A program made the position numbers and the translations under genes. From Chiloscyllium plagiosum (lineage: Eukaryota), in contig NC_057719.1 of assembly GCF_004010195.1 (NCBI RefSeq), forward strand, positions 69,299,193 to 69,363,192: a stretch of 64,000 nucleotides of DNA, given 5' to 3'. Under the pieces are notes generated by a model that was not told where the DNA came from, did not search any database, and saw only the letters and a list, made by a program, of their open reading frames with translations. Shown here in pieces: positions 24,660 to 38,139 of this stretch (position 1 is its first letter; the number at the start of each line of letters is the position of its first letter).

Positions 24660-26060
24660 ATTCACACAATATGAGCAGTGTGGGGACTGGTATCTAAAGA
24701 AAAGCTCTGTACACTAACATTCATTGCATAAGAAATACAGTAAATGAGATTGAAGCACAAATCAGCTTAAAGGGTATGATGTATTAGCCGCTACAAAGAC
24801 CAGACTAACCTGTACTGCAATTCCACTTAACCGCCTTTGATGCATATGCTTACTTAATAAAAATCTATCAATCTCAACTTGATCCACAATATTGAATATT
24901 CTACTATGTGTTTCCACATGATCTGTTGTGCAGTGACTGAAATCTTAATTGTAGAGGCTGTTAAATCACCTGAAATCGCTTTCAAGTTTACTTTTTAATT
25001 AAGTACAAGTTGTAAATTATTTGTCTCCCTTTGTTGTGAATATTGCAACTTGCATGTATCCATACTGAACTCTGTTCAACTCACTTGTGGATTTCATCTA
25101 ATTGTTCCACTATAATTATCTTCCCCACCCATCATCAACATTGTCCTGAAAATTTCAGTTGTGCTAGTTCTGTAGCATTGTTCGGAGAGAGTCGTCCAAA
25201 TTTCCATTATGCTGTGTGTAAAAAGGTGCTCCCTAATTTCACTCCTGAATGGTCCAGCTTTCCATTTAAGAACGTGCTCCTTTGTTCTAGATTCACCCAC
25301 CAAAACTCATTTCTTTCCTAACAAATCCCATGTTATCTTAAATACCTCAATAAAATTACCCTAAACTTTCTACCTTAAGTGGAATGCATGTCAGGTTTAT
25401 GCAAACTGCCCTCAATTTCATGCCTGACAACATTCTAATAAATCTGTATTGTTCTGTTCTGGGGACAATATATAAAACTTTCAAAGTGTGTACCTAAACT
25501 GACCAAGGCTTTATACAACTGAAGTATAATGCCCACCTCTTTCTGTTCTCACTCTCATTGAGATAAAGGTCAAAATTCCATTTGCCTGTTTAGTTGCCTT
25601 TTTGAACCTGTGAGATAATTTTCACTAATTTGTATACCTGGAATCACAAACCTTTTGGGGCCCCACAGTTTCCAGCCTCTTGCCTTTGAAGAAAATTCAA
25701 TTTGTTTTCAAAAGATTCAAAATAAACAGCCTCTTTGTCACACTAAGATGCTTCTACAATAGTTTTTGGCACCACCTTGCAATTTATAATTATAAATCTT
25801 TGTATTTCTTGCTCCCATATATACAGCTTACTGATCTCCCAACTTCATGTCATCTGAAAACTTGGAGATATGTTCCCTTCTTCATCCAAGTTGTTGCTCT
25901 TCATGGTGAAAAGCTGACACTCCAGTTGATGCCTTGGAAATACCACTTGTCACATTCTGCCAATTAATTAGAGTACATTTCCTTTCTTCTTAATCTGTCT
26001 CCTACCTTCTAACTAATTGCCAGTTCACGTCACAATTACATGTTTTAACAATTGGATCCT
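24660..26060. mobile_element. Old CR1 fragments (APE N-terminus on +, RT/3' end on -)
   Basis: + LYTNIH..NEIEAQISLKGYDVLA near 24706; - GESRTKEHVLKWKAGPFRSEIREHLFTHSIMEIWTTL. Confidence 0.65.
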
Positions 26061-26869
26061 TAACATTGTGTTTTTCATATTGTTGCTGAAAATGAAATCA
26101 TTCAATGATAATGAACAATGTTCTAATATTTGTTCACATGAACAGAATTTTTGAATGTTCAAAAGAACAACATCCCTCAGTACATTCAGGAACTTTATAA
26201 ATTGAACAAATTATAATCACATCCTGTGTTCAATGTGCACTAAATAATGTGACAAAAGAAATCCAATACTGATCAAGAACAAATAAGATTCATGTGGACA
26301 CAAGAAACATGGAAATATATGCAATGAAATATTGAAATATAGGATTTTTCAATTATTGCACATATAATTAGAATGTTATCCTTTCAACATGGGGTACAGA
26401 TCCTTATTCTATCCGATTTTATTTGCCCACATAGAAACTGATAATCAGCTGTTAATATTTTACATAAATACTAAATTACAAACTTAAAGAAGCAGTTACC
26501 ATTCTTTATGGAATTTGCTTCTTGGACTTAACCTTATATTCAGGCTTTATTCTGCCAAAAAAATATTACGAACCTGCTGGTAACAGAGGCTTCCAATTAC
26601 AGATCCAAAATTGTATACGTGCTACACAAATTGGTGACATATCAGACTTGTCAATGTTAAGAGTTGAGTTAGTAATGAAGTAGTTGACATCTTGGGTTTA
26701 TAGCCTTCAATGCAAATAGTGCTGCTTTACCCTTTAACCCCTGTTTCCACTACCCAGCCCATGCATTTCAGTATTTACACTACTTTTAAATACATGCTGA
26801 CAGCTTCCTGTAGCCCCTGTGTTCATTAGAAATGCATTGCTGGACTCCTGTGTTTTTAACCCAATATAT

Positions 26870-27230
26870 TTACTAGGATGTCACTGGAAATGGAAAGTTT
26901 GAGGAGAGGCTGGCACCTTTTACACTGGAGTGTAGGAGGTTGAGAGTTTATAATGAAGGTACAGATAAGAATAGCAGGTGTCTATTCCCTAGCGTGGGGG
27001 ATTTCAAGACAAGGGGGCATATTTTTAAGGTGAGAGGAGAAATGTTTAAAAAAGATACAAGGGGCAATTTGTTTTTTTAAACACAGCGAGCGGTTTGTAT
27101 GTGTAATGAACTTCCAGCGGAAGTGATGGATGTGGGTACATTTACATTTGGATAAGTACATGAATTAGAAATGTTTGGAGGGATATGGGCAAGCGCAGGC
27201 AGACGGGACTAGTTTAGTTTGGGATTATGG
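26870..27230 (+). mobile_element. CR1 3' end
   Basis: tttactaggatg..gaggagaggctgg..gggcatatttttaaggtgagaggagaa..ggagggatatggg. Confidence 0.75.
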
Positions 27231-27847
27231 CTCTTGGCCCTATCAGAATTTGTGGATCAGTGTCCTTATTTCAGCGCGGTCCCGAGTGCAAGTCTTCCAG
27301 GTCAGCTGCAATCAATCCGAGGATTAAGTGCGGTAGTGATTTCAGGCAAAGGGGTGGGCCAGTCTTTTTTATAAGAGGGGAATTGAGTCGAATGGAAATT
27401 AAATAGAAGACCAATTAGTGATAATGCAGGAGCAGGAGAGATAGTAAGATATTCCCAATGAATGAATAGGAAATATAAAAGGCAGGTTAGGGATAGTAGC
27501 TTGAGAGTATGAGTTGAGCAAGAAACATTGGGTGGACATATGCATGCAATTGTGGGAGCTGTAGTGTTGAAGAGTTTGACTAGTAGCCTGTAGCACTTAC
27601 CCTTGACAGCACAATGTTATTGACCTTCTGCCTATCCCACACTCCTTTTAACCCTGCATTGACCCAGCCCACTTTCTAGTTTCAGGTTAGCTGTATCTAC
27701 TAAACTTAGCATTTTAAAATTGAGGTTTTATCAGTCTAGTCAGTGTAGGCCAGTGAACATGGAGTGTTATTTGAATAAAATGTGGTGGGAGTTAAGGACA
27801 GCATAGTTTTGGATAAATTTGTGGAAATAAAAGATTGAGTTTAAGTA

Positions 27848-28040
27848 TTTGGCCAGGCTAAATTGTCTGCAATGCCCAGGGGTACGTAGGCTAGATAGAT
27901 TAACCATGGTAAATGCAGGGTTACAGGATAGGGTAAAAAGGGTGGGGGAGGTCTGTATGGGATGCTTTTGGGGTAGGTGGGGGGTGGTTGGTGGAGATTC
28001 AAAGGGCCAATGGCTTGTTTCCACACTGTAGGGATTCTAT
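27848..28040 (+). mobile_element. HE1 SINE 3' half
   Basis: ttggccaggctaaattg..cttgtttccacactgtagggattcta tail. Confidence 0.75.
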
Positions 28041-28044
28041 AATT

Positions 28045-29000
28045 CAACAACAGTACAATGTTGAATAGTTAAATGAGTGTGAGAACAGTAGATGAACGAA
28101 GGTTGGGATAATGCTGGGGTTGTTACAGAATGGAAGGAGGTTGGCAAGGTGCTGAAATGGACATGGAGTTGGAATCTCATGTTGCAATCAAATACAGCAT
28201 TACATTTGAGTATTCTCATTCATCCTCAGACAGCTGTTTGGAAGATGGTTGGTGCCAGTAATTAGGGAGTGAAGTTTGTGTTGCAGACCAAAAATCATTG
28301 TCTTCACATTTCCCCAACATTTAGCTGAGGAACTTCCTGCTCATCCAATACTGGATATTGAGTGATCAACATTTTAGAGACAATGGAAGAATGAGGAGAG
28401 ATAGGTATGGGTGTCATCAGCTTAAAAAGGTGCAGCATGTATTTTTTGGTAACATCTCTGAAGGGCATCATGTAGATGAGAAAGAAAAATGGGGTCAAGA
28501 ATAACATCTTTGGAAATGCCACAGGTAACAGTACAGAAACTGGAAGAGAAATTGTCATAGGTCATGCTCAGCAAAGTTTGGAAAGAAAACATTGGAAAGA
28601 GTGCAGGCCCTTTCAACTGGATTTAAAAATAGGTACTGGAGGAGAATGTGATCAATCATTCTGAGTCCATTCAGGGCTTGGGGGAGTGGAATCTTGTGTA
28701 GATTAGCATGCTGGGACAAGTGAAAGAATGGTGTCGCAAAGCAGCTGATTCATCTCAATCACAGTGATAAAGGAGTCTATGAGCACATGGACAAGTATTG
28801 GAAGTGGTACACAAGAGGCTGGGTAGAGGACAAAATAGTATTCCAAGGTCAACTCTGGAGCAGTGAGCAATTCCAACAGAAGAGTATTTCCTGATGATGA
28901 TTGATGTTGTCCCATCAGCTCGAGTAATACTGGTTAATTAAAATGTACACTGTACAAGTTTGAATTGGTAACTCTTAGACTTAAAGAAACGAAGATGGGG
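28045..29000 (-). mobile_element. Degraded L2-like LINE RT fragment
   Basis: rc TVTCGISKDVILDPIFLSHL (GVPQGSILGP-like), ADDT-like gctgatgacacc, QLNVG. Confidence 0.55.
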
Positions 29001-30214
29001 CCCGTGCCCAGGTTAAACACCAGCTAGGAGAGAGTTAAGGATTCCTGGGAACTAGGGTATCCTGGACAAAGGTAAATAAAGTGATTGAGCAGTTTACACT
29101 GACTGGAAATATTGTGTGAGAAGAACCATGTGGGAGAGTTCAGAGTTTGAAAAGGCTGCTTTTAGCATTGGGAGAGTTTTGTTTTCCCCCCAGTGGAGCA
29201 TATAGAGTGAAGAGGCATTGAAATTGGAAAAGATGAGGGTGAGAAGAAATACAAGGTCAGTTTTGTCAGTCATTGATAGGATGGAAAATAAAGATACTGG
29301 GCCAGATTTTCAAGCCATTGGGACAGCTCCCCAGACCATTAAGAGGGTGAGAGCGCCTGGGATATGGTACTTCCTCCTTTATTTACAATGTGGCCAGAGA
29401 GGCGGAGCAGAATACGAAGACTGCGTGCCAATCCTGACCTCAACAGAGCCATTTGTACTTGGTACCAAGTCCAAAAAGACCACTTTCTGGCTATTCTGAG
29501 GATCTTGATCTATATCATGAAGGTAGATTATAACATTCTCAAATAGTGGATGAGACATGTTTATGAGTAATCATTCGAAATCTTTTATCTCCTGCTCTGT
29601 AACTTTTTGGGGCAGGAGGGAGAAATGAGGCTTTAGTGATAGTTGAACAAAAATTACCACCACCTGCATATCTGCTTTGGTTGACAGGCCATCTGGTTTA
29701 GGTTGTAAAGAAAGTTATGATCGTATTTAGTTTCAAAAGTGCTCCTTATTGGGAGTTTTCCAAGGGCTGCTCTGTATTTATAAAGGATTGGTTGAGTTGT
29801 AATAATGGCAGCTGGGAATTCTGAGTTCACAGTTTAAAGAGTTAATTAAAGGATTAGTGTCTTTGATTTGTATCTGAACAAAAGTATTTGTTTAAACACT
29901 CACATCTCAATCACTTATTAAAGCTTTGAGTGGGTTTTATGTTTTTTTTTCTCATTATCAAGTGTGTATGAGTGATAACTGTACATTTTAAACTTTTTTC
30001 CCCTGTGCAAATGGCTCCTGAAGTCTGACCATGGTGGGTATTGGGTGAGTCACTATGGATTTGGCATGGGCTTTGAAGGTGAATTTGAGCTAGGTCGGTT
30101 GTGAGAAGGATTGTAAATGGTAAAGGCTGTTGTACCTGTTTGCTTCTAAAACAACTGGGACATATTTCCAATGAACACAAGGTAGACTTTCCTAACTAGC
30201 CATAGTCACCTCAG

Positions 30215-31368
30215 ATTTGAGATGGTGACCAAACAGGTGGATGAGGGTAAAGTTGTTGTGGTGTATATGGATTTCAGTAAGGTTCCCCACGATTGGTTAT
30301 TGCACAAAATATGGAGGCATGGGATTGAGGATGATTTAGCAGTTTGGATCAGAAATTGGCTAGCTGAAAGGAGAGAGGGAGTGGTGGTTGATGGGAAATA
30401 TTCCTCCTGGTGTTCAGTTACTAGTGGTGTACCGCAAGGATCTGTTTTGGGTCCACTGTTGTTTGTTATTTTTATAAATGATCTGGATGAGAATGTAGAA
30501 GGATGGGTTAGTACGTTTGCAGATGACACGAAGGTTAGTGGAGTTGTGGATAGTGCTGAAGAATGTTGCAGGTTACAGAGGACATAGGTAAGCTGCAGAG
30601 TTGGGATGAGAGGTGGCAAATGGAGTTTAATGTGGAAAAGTGTGAGGTGATTCACTTTGGAAGGAGCAACAGAAATAAAGAGTACTGGGTGAATGATAAG
30701 ATTCTTGGTTGTGTAGATGAACAGAGATCTCCGTGTCCATGCACATAGATCCCTGAAAGTTCCCAGTCAGGTTGACAGGTTTGTTGAGAAGGCTTACAGT
30801 GTGTTAGCTTTTATTGGTAGAGTGATTGAGTTTCGGAGCCATGAGATCATGCTGCGGCCGCACTTGGAGTATTGCGTACAGTTCAGGTCACCACATTATT
30901 GGAAGGATGTGGAAGCTTTGGAAAGGGTGCAGAGGAGATTTACTAGGATGTTGCCTAGTATGGAGGGAAGTTCTTATGAATAAAGGCTGAGTGACTTTAG
31001 GCTGTCTTTGTTGGAGAGTAGAAGGTTGAGAGTGACTTAACTGAGACATAGAAGTTAATCAGAGGGATACATAGGTTGGACAGTGAGAACCTTTTTCCTT
31101 GGATGGTGATGGCACGAAGGGACATAGCTTTAAATTGAGGGGTGATAGATATAGGATAGATGTCAAAAGTAGTTTCTGTACTCGGTAGTAGGGGTATGGA
31201 ACACACCACTTGCAACAGTAGTAGACTCACCAATTTTCTGGTCATTGAATAAACATATGGATGATAATGGAATAATGTAGGATAGGTCGGCTTCGTATTG
31301 TGCCGACCTGTGGAACCAACATTGAGGGCCGAAGGGCCTGTACTGCGCTGTAACGTTCTATGTTCTAT
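30215..31368 (+). mobile_element. CR1 LINE RT and 3' end
   Basis: [55 protein letters not shown]; ttctatgttcta tail. Confidence 0.95.
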
Positions 31369-31701
31369 TTGTTTCTGGAGTCAGCGGGCCGGACTCTCTT
31401 GCTCCTAAACATGTCCTTCAAATCAAAGTGGCTGTGCCAAGTTGGAAAATTTATTCACTCAAGCTACCCAGCATAGTTGTGAAAGTCAAGCCTTGCATGT
31501 GAATTGACAATACCCAGGAAGTAAGAACCGAAAGATTTTGTCGAATTAAAAAAAGTGTGTCACAGTGAAGTTTTCAATTTAGCAATGAGCTGGAGGAAGG
31601 AGGACTCTCTGATTTGGCTCATATCCATCAGAAACTTTTCAACTACTTTTACTAAACAGTGCTTTCATGCAACTTTCATTTTATTTTATACCAGGCTCAT
31701 A

Positions 31702-31776
31702 AATGATGGATAAATACAAGAACCATTTTGTGTGCTGCAAATATGTAGCAGTCACATCTAGAACAAATCAGTGCAA
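31702..31776. repeat. 75-bp direct repeat, copy 1
   Basis: Aligns to 32892-32966 with about 3 substitutions and 2 one-base indels. Confidence 0.9.
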
Positions 31777-32891
31777 AAGTACTAGCTTACAATGCTTCAT
31801 TAAGCTTCCTGCAACATTTACTTTATTTTCTAACAGCTTTTACCGGTTCTAAGTACACATTTTTACTGAGATAATCCAGAACATTTTTTCTTTTGATTAA
31901 TGCATTAGAATTTCATTGCAATAACTGCAGTCAATATTGATTACTAAAGAACTTTGCAACTTAAAAAGTGAAATCTTGTCACTTCTTATTGCCTCTCAGG
32001 AGTAACAACCATTAAGTGGACTATAAATATTGCACCACAAGGTTCTACAAAGTTGGGACACTACTAATGTGGCAGAAAAATCCACACAATTTTTATATTT
32101 TTAACCCCAAACAAATTTTTTGCCCTAAGAAATACAATGCAGTTGCTATGTCGAAGAAATTACCTAAAACATAGCTTGCACAAATATTACAGGCAGAAGC
32201 ATATAAACATATGCACAGGTCCATAGGTTCTGTCATTGAGTGCTGTATACTATACTTCACAATCTATACATGTGCAAGCAGAAAAACAAATTTCTATAGA
32301 ACTGAGAGAGTTTGTTTTTTTCCAAATAATCCTTTGCAACATAGGTTTTTTGCCACACGATGGTGACAATGCAAGCACTGTCTGAGATCTGAATAAGCGG
32401 CAGTTACCTGCAGATTTGTTCCTCTTTCACAGTTGAACAATTTTCTTGCACTTAATCAATTGTTTTAATTTCAAATTAGCATTTGATCCGCATGAGTATT
32501 CACCATAATAGAACACTGAACAGTTCCACTTTATTAAATGGCTCAGGGGACAATTACAAAAATGGTCATGGCTCCTTCATTTTTTTAAAAAAAACTAACC
32601 ACAGACATTCTTGTCGCATGTCATGCATTATAAATGAAGGGGTCAATACAATATTGGAGCATTTGATGCAATTACACTTCGTGCCTCCTGATTCTGTTTC
32701 AAGTCATTTAGTCCATCTCGTACCAGTTTCATTTTATTTCGCACTAGACAGACAAGTTCTGGGCTTCACAAATGAATTTAGTAACTCAACATTTTTGTAA
32801 AAAGCCTTGCATTTCACAAAAACTAAACCAGGCAGCTTGCAACTTCATTTAAATAGTTCCACCTTTTTATTCAAGTAGCATAACCAAAGTC

Positions 32892-32966
32892 AATGATGGA
32901 TAAATACAAGAACCAATTTCGTGTGCTGCAAATATGTAGCAGTCACATCTCGAACAATCGGTGCAA
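32892..32966. repeat. 75-bp direct repeat, copy 2
   Basis: See 31702-31776. Confidence 0.9.
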
Positions 32967-33184
32967 TGTCCCGAGCAGACCCTTGTGAGGTAAGTAAACA
33001 ATGCAAACCTTAGGTCAGAAAGCTTTATTTCAGGACAAGTTTGATCCTATTTCACAAAAGACACTAAAATAATGATAATGTCTGCTGTCTTGACATTGCT
33101 GTCTCAAATGGTCCTTTACCCCCAATTAGACAACATGTTTTGGTCACTTCTATATATTTGTTCTAACTCTACTTCCTCTGTATT

Positions 33185-33268
33185 GATTCGTGGTGCTGGA
33201 AAAGCACAGCAGTTCAGGCAGCATCCGAGGAGCAGTAAAATCGATGTTTCGGGCAAAAGCCCTTCACC
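33185..33268 (-). mobile_element. PLE pseudo-LTR fragment with truncated hammerhead
   Basis: rc TGAAGGGCTTTTGCCCGAAACATCGATTTT..ctcctcggatgctgcctg, same family as 12871. Confidence 0.8.
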
Positions 33269-35217
33269 CAAAGTCACAAACAATTATGCTTTCAAACTCC
33301 CTACAATATTTGTATAGCTGTTGATTTGATCAACAGTGAACTCTTCCCTTTCCTCCACTTTTGATGTCTTCATGTCAGTTAAAATAAAAACTTTGCTCTC
33401 TCTCATTTTAGACATTCCACTTGCATAGCTTCCACCCTCACTGCCTCATGTGCATGGTATACAGACTTGAGTGTAGTTGGCACATAGCTGGTTTTACAAT
33501 TAAACACAAGAGTGGTTGGTACTACATTAAGCTAACTGTCTCATTCACCTCTTCCAACTGTGTTCATTACTCCAGCAGCACACTTGAAAGAAAATACAAG
33601 ATTGCTGTCTATCACCAATGACTATAATCTCTTCCTATATCCAACTTCCACAGAATGGGCTGTGTTAAAATTGCAAACATCTATTCAGCTGTTTCTTCCT
33701 CATCCTATCAAGCCAAAACTCCTCACAGTTTTCTCTCTATCTTCCATGCATCTTTACCTTTCTTCAACCCCTCTTTGATCTCATCTCCAAAGGATCTATA
33801 TTTTGCTATGAGTTCAATGCTTATAGAATGATAATCACCCAGCTCTCCTTACTACCACAATTTATTACACCATTGGCAGTCTTGTCAGACAAATGAGCAT
33901 TCAGTCAGGCACTAAACATATTGAGATGCTGTCAGGACAACATGAGAAAGATGGATGCCCTTTTTGGAAGCAACATATTGAAGAGCTTTCAAGGAGGGAG
34001 GTGAATGTTTTGTAAGGTAGGTTCAGGAGGATCAATGAGTAGCTTTGAAAACAAACAACAGTACCTGAGGAGAAAGAGCCGTTTACAATGTCGATCAACA
34101 TGTTAGTAGGGGAAGCAGTTTGAGACTAACAGCCTAATTACGTGGTGTATGCTACATTGGAGCATAGGGAGAGGCATTAAGCTTGTTGACTCTCTCGGTC
34201 ATACAACACAACCATGACCGATCAATCACTTGCCTCTCCCCAACCCCCACGCTATTGCCAGATCCTTTTAGATCTCTGGTGGTTAGAAATATGCCAAACC
34301 CTATTTTAAACACACTTGATGACTGTGTATAATGTTGCAAAACATAACTGTGTAATTCTATCAAAGGCAAGAACTGCCAAGAGTGGATAGGAAGCTAGTG
34401 GAATCATTTAGATCAACAACTGGAAGAGACAAAGGTGCAACATGGGTTAATCAACCTAGTACTGGAAACATTAATGAATACTACACTGAAAATATCTTAT
34501 TTGGCAAAAAATTAAACAATTTCAATTTTGTTGATGGCATTGACTTTGCAGCAACATCCAGTCAGTCCCTTTCAGTTATGGTGGACATTGACAGGAGAGT
34601 AGTTGAAAAACACAGATGACAGAGCAAAATAAACATGTGGTGAGAAGACCACTTATTTGGTTAGAGAGCATGCTTCTAGCCTAGTTTTCAATTTTCAGAG
34701 AGCAAGGAACCAACACATGCCACGTTGCCAAAAAGCATTTTAGAACCATCGAGCCAGATGTACTTCTTGGATCTGACTTGTCCATTGGTTTGGGTCATTA
34801 TATAAGGAAGTGAAATTCTGTGTATAGCACGCTCTTTTACTGTGCCTCTTCTGTCAAGTTGCCTTATAGTTAGGTAGTACCTTAGTGCAAGCAGACTAAC
34901 AAAATGCACTTATTGGAGGCTAAACATCTTGAATGACAAAGTGTTGAAAATATTGTTATGCAAGCATTGGTTGTTAGAAAAGTAACACCATTCCCCCCAA
35001 AAATACACTTTTATAGTGGATTATACTTCCAATAAACACATGGTTGTCCATCATCATCATAGAATCCCTACAGTGTGGAAGTTGTAAAAAGTAATTTAAT
35101 AACATTTCCTCACAAAATGTGATGTCTCTAATTGCAGGGTTGAAAATCAAGGACAACGTGCTCACAAACAGAAAATGGGATTCAGTTTTGTCATATGGTT
35201 ATTAGAGAGCAGGTATA

Positions 35218-35765
35218 TAGAGTCATAGAGATGTATAGCACAGAAACAGACCCTTCAGTCCAACCTATTCATGCCGACCAGATATCCCAATTCAATCTAG
35301 TTCCACCTGCCAACACCCAGCCCACATCCCTCCAAACCCTTCCTATTCATATACCCATCCAGATGCCTTTTAAATGTTGCAATTGTACCAGCCTCCACCA
35401 CTTCCTCTAGCAGCTCATTCCATACACGTACCACCCTCTGCGTGAAAGAGTTGCTCCTTAGGTCCCTTTTATATCCTTCCCCTCTCATCCTCAACCTATG
35501 CCCTAGAATTCAGGACTCCCCCCACCCCAGGGTAAAGACTTTGTCTATTTATCCTATCCATGCCCCTCATGATTTTATAAACTTCTGTAAGGTCACCCCT
35601 CAGCCTCCGATGCTCCAAGGAAAAAGCCTCAGCCTGTTTAGTCTCTCCCAATAGCACAAATCCTCCAACCATGGCAACATCCTTGTAAATCCTTTCTGAG
35701 CAGGAGACCAAAATTGTATACAACATTCCAACAGCGGCCTAACCAATGTCCTGTACAACCGCAAC
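35218..35765 (-). mobile_element. HER1/CR1 3' end
   Basis: FSLEHRRLRGDLTEVYKIMRGMDR; SFTQRVVRVWNEL; ctctatgact tail. Confidence 0.9.
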
Positions 35766-35774
35766 AGCATGTGT

Positions 35775-36081
35775 TGTGCATCCCTAATTGCCCAGAAGGC
35801 AGTTACGAGTCACCCAAATTGCTGTGGGTCTGGAGTCACATATAGGCCTGACCAGGTAAGGATGGCAGCTTCCTTCCCTAAAGGACACTAGTGAACCAGA
35901 CGGGTTTTTCCAACAATTGGCAATGGATTCATGGTCATCATTAGACTGTTAATTACAGATATTTATCAGATTCAAATCCCACCATTTGATGTGGTGGAAT
36001 TCAAATCCAGTTCCCCAGAACATTACCGGGGTCTCTGGATTAACAGTCCAACGATAATACTAGTAGGCCATCGCCTCCCCT
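35775..36081 (-). mobile_element. tRNA-derived SINE (second family); related copies near 42000-42250 (+) and 49960-50325 (-)
   Basis: rc ggggaggcgatggcctactagtattatcgttggactgttaatccagag..tttgaattccaccac head; shared tagggaaggaa..tccttacctggtc..gactcca core. Confidence 0.65.
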
Positions 36082-37164
36082 CATTTAAAAATAAAATATC
36101 TGAAGTTAATTGGCAATGTGATTTCAAACTTACTGAGGGACTTCAGGGCAGTCCAGATTCAGTTTTGATGCAAGTGCTTCTTTTTGCACTGCATTTTAAC
36201 AACTTGCTTTTATACAGTTCCTTTAATGCAGGGGAAAAAAAAAACATCAAGAAGCTACTAGTAAAGGGAAAATGAAAAACCCTTATCAATCAATTTTAAC
36301 TCCTTGCAGTTATGTATGTGTCTACAGTAATTAGGACTTTAGTATTCATCAGGATATTACAGAGATCCGGATATAGCAGAAGAGATAAATTTGATTCAAT
36401 GAAACTAAGAATCCATGTTATTGGGTTCAACTAACCTTGGTAGATAATTTTATTTGTGTTCACATATAAGTATGTGTTCCTTCATTACTTTCTATGCACT
36501 TATGTTCCTTGTTTGCCTGATGATGATCAAACTTTTTGACCCTGAAGTAGGCAGCGCCAGAACTTCAAATCTCAGGAGAGTTAACATTTCAAAATGTTTT
36601 TCGCACAAATTCTATGTTAGTATGCTAATGATAAACCAGCTTAATCTAGTTATAGCAGGGCTTCTAACCACGTTGATCATTAGCTAAACTTGTCCCAGCA
36701 CACTTCAAATCAAAGATTTTGCTTAAATTGTAAGCAAATTTTAATGAAGTGTGAAGTAAATCATTTTGCTATGGAGACTGTGGAGATAAACACTGGATAA
36801 ACACTGAAAACAAAGTGAAAATTTCTAATGTAGGTACAGGAACAAAGGGTTTGGATTTATGTCATAAGGGGTCAGAATGTCAAAGTATTTACTTAAACTT
36901 TTTAAACTTTTAATTCCAAACTGTGATGTTTCTAAAACGAGAACTACTACACAGAAAAAGATAACATTTCTGATTGCATGTGTAAATTGTCAGAGAAACT
37001 TCAAACAGGGAGAGACTTTACAACAATAGATAATGAGGGTTGACCATCACCTGTCCCAGTAGGAAACTACCTTTGCAGATGTGTTTGTTTTACCCTCCAA
37101 GGTTAATACAAAAACTCTACTTGGGGGAGTGGGGGTAGTCCTATGGGATTAAATGCTCATGTGT

Positions 37165-37575
37165 GTCATACAGCACAGAAACAGACCTTTTGGTCCAACC
37201 AGTCCATGCTGACCATAATCCCAAACTAGTCCCATTTGCCTGCACTTAGCCCATATCCCCCAAACGTTTCTTAATCATGCACTTATCCAAATGTCTTAAA
37301 ATTTGTAACTATACCACAACCACCATCACTTCCTCCGGAATTTTATTCCATATTCATACAAAGTTGCTTATCATGTCTCTTTATATTCTCTCCTTAAAAA
37401 TATGGCCTCGTGTCTTGAATCCCCCACCCTTGGGAAAAGGCACCTGTCATTCACCTTATCTATACTCATGATTTTATAAATTTCTACAAAGGTCACCTCT
37501 CAACCTCCTATGCTCCAGTGAAAAACATCCCAGCCTATCCAGCCTCTCTTTATAACTCAAACCTTCCATTCCTGT
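37165..37575 (-). mobile_element. CR1 3' end
   Basis: catacagcacagaaacagacc..ggtcacctctcaacctcctatgctccagtgaaaaa. Confidence 0.75.
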
Positions 37576-38139
37576 TCAAGCATTAGTGGGCTGGGAGGTG
37601 ACAGTCAAATAACTATTCCCTAGTTACTCCTGTGTTGCAGATAAAGGAAAACTCTTGCTCATTCTGCATGCTGCTAACAAACTCAAAAATCTTGAAAATA
37701 CTTTGCTCGGTCACCAATGTTACCACTACCGGTACAACGTAATGATGATCACAATTCATTTTAGTAGCTCTCATGAACAATTCAGAGGCTGATTTGTATA
37801 AACTTGCAATTTTGTTGATACTATTTCAGTGTGTAGATGTTATTTATTCTCATGAGAAAATTGATAAACTTATCTTGTTATTACAAGCCAGGTTAAATTG
37901 GCTCTTTTTAAAACTGATGTGAATTTGAGTCTAGAGAGAGATTCAAAGGAAAGGGATTTTTTTTTTTACAAATTAACTTTGTTGCTACCAACTGAGGGGA
38001 TAAGTGAATAAAGGCGAGCTAGTTCATCCCTTCTCCAGGAGTGTAACAGTTTGGGTACCACATCTGTAAACAAAACAAATTGAGGAACCTTGTCCAGAAT
38101 CAGATCATAACATAGCTCAACAAAGTTTGCTTTAAGATT

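Noticed and set aside
27230..27380. GC-richer segment ending in T6 (possible Pol III RNA)
   Set aside because: No convincing A/B boxes or recognisable RNA family
31702..31776. C/D-box snoRNA interpretation of the duplicated 75-mer
   Set aside because: ATGATGG deviates from box C (RTGATGA), there is no terminal CTGA box D or terminal stem, and it is not in a recognised host intron
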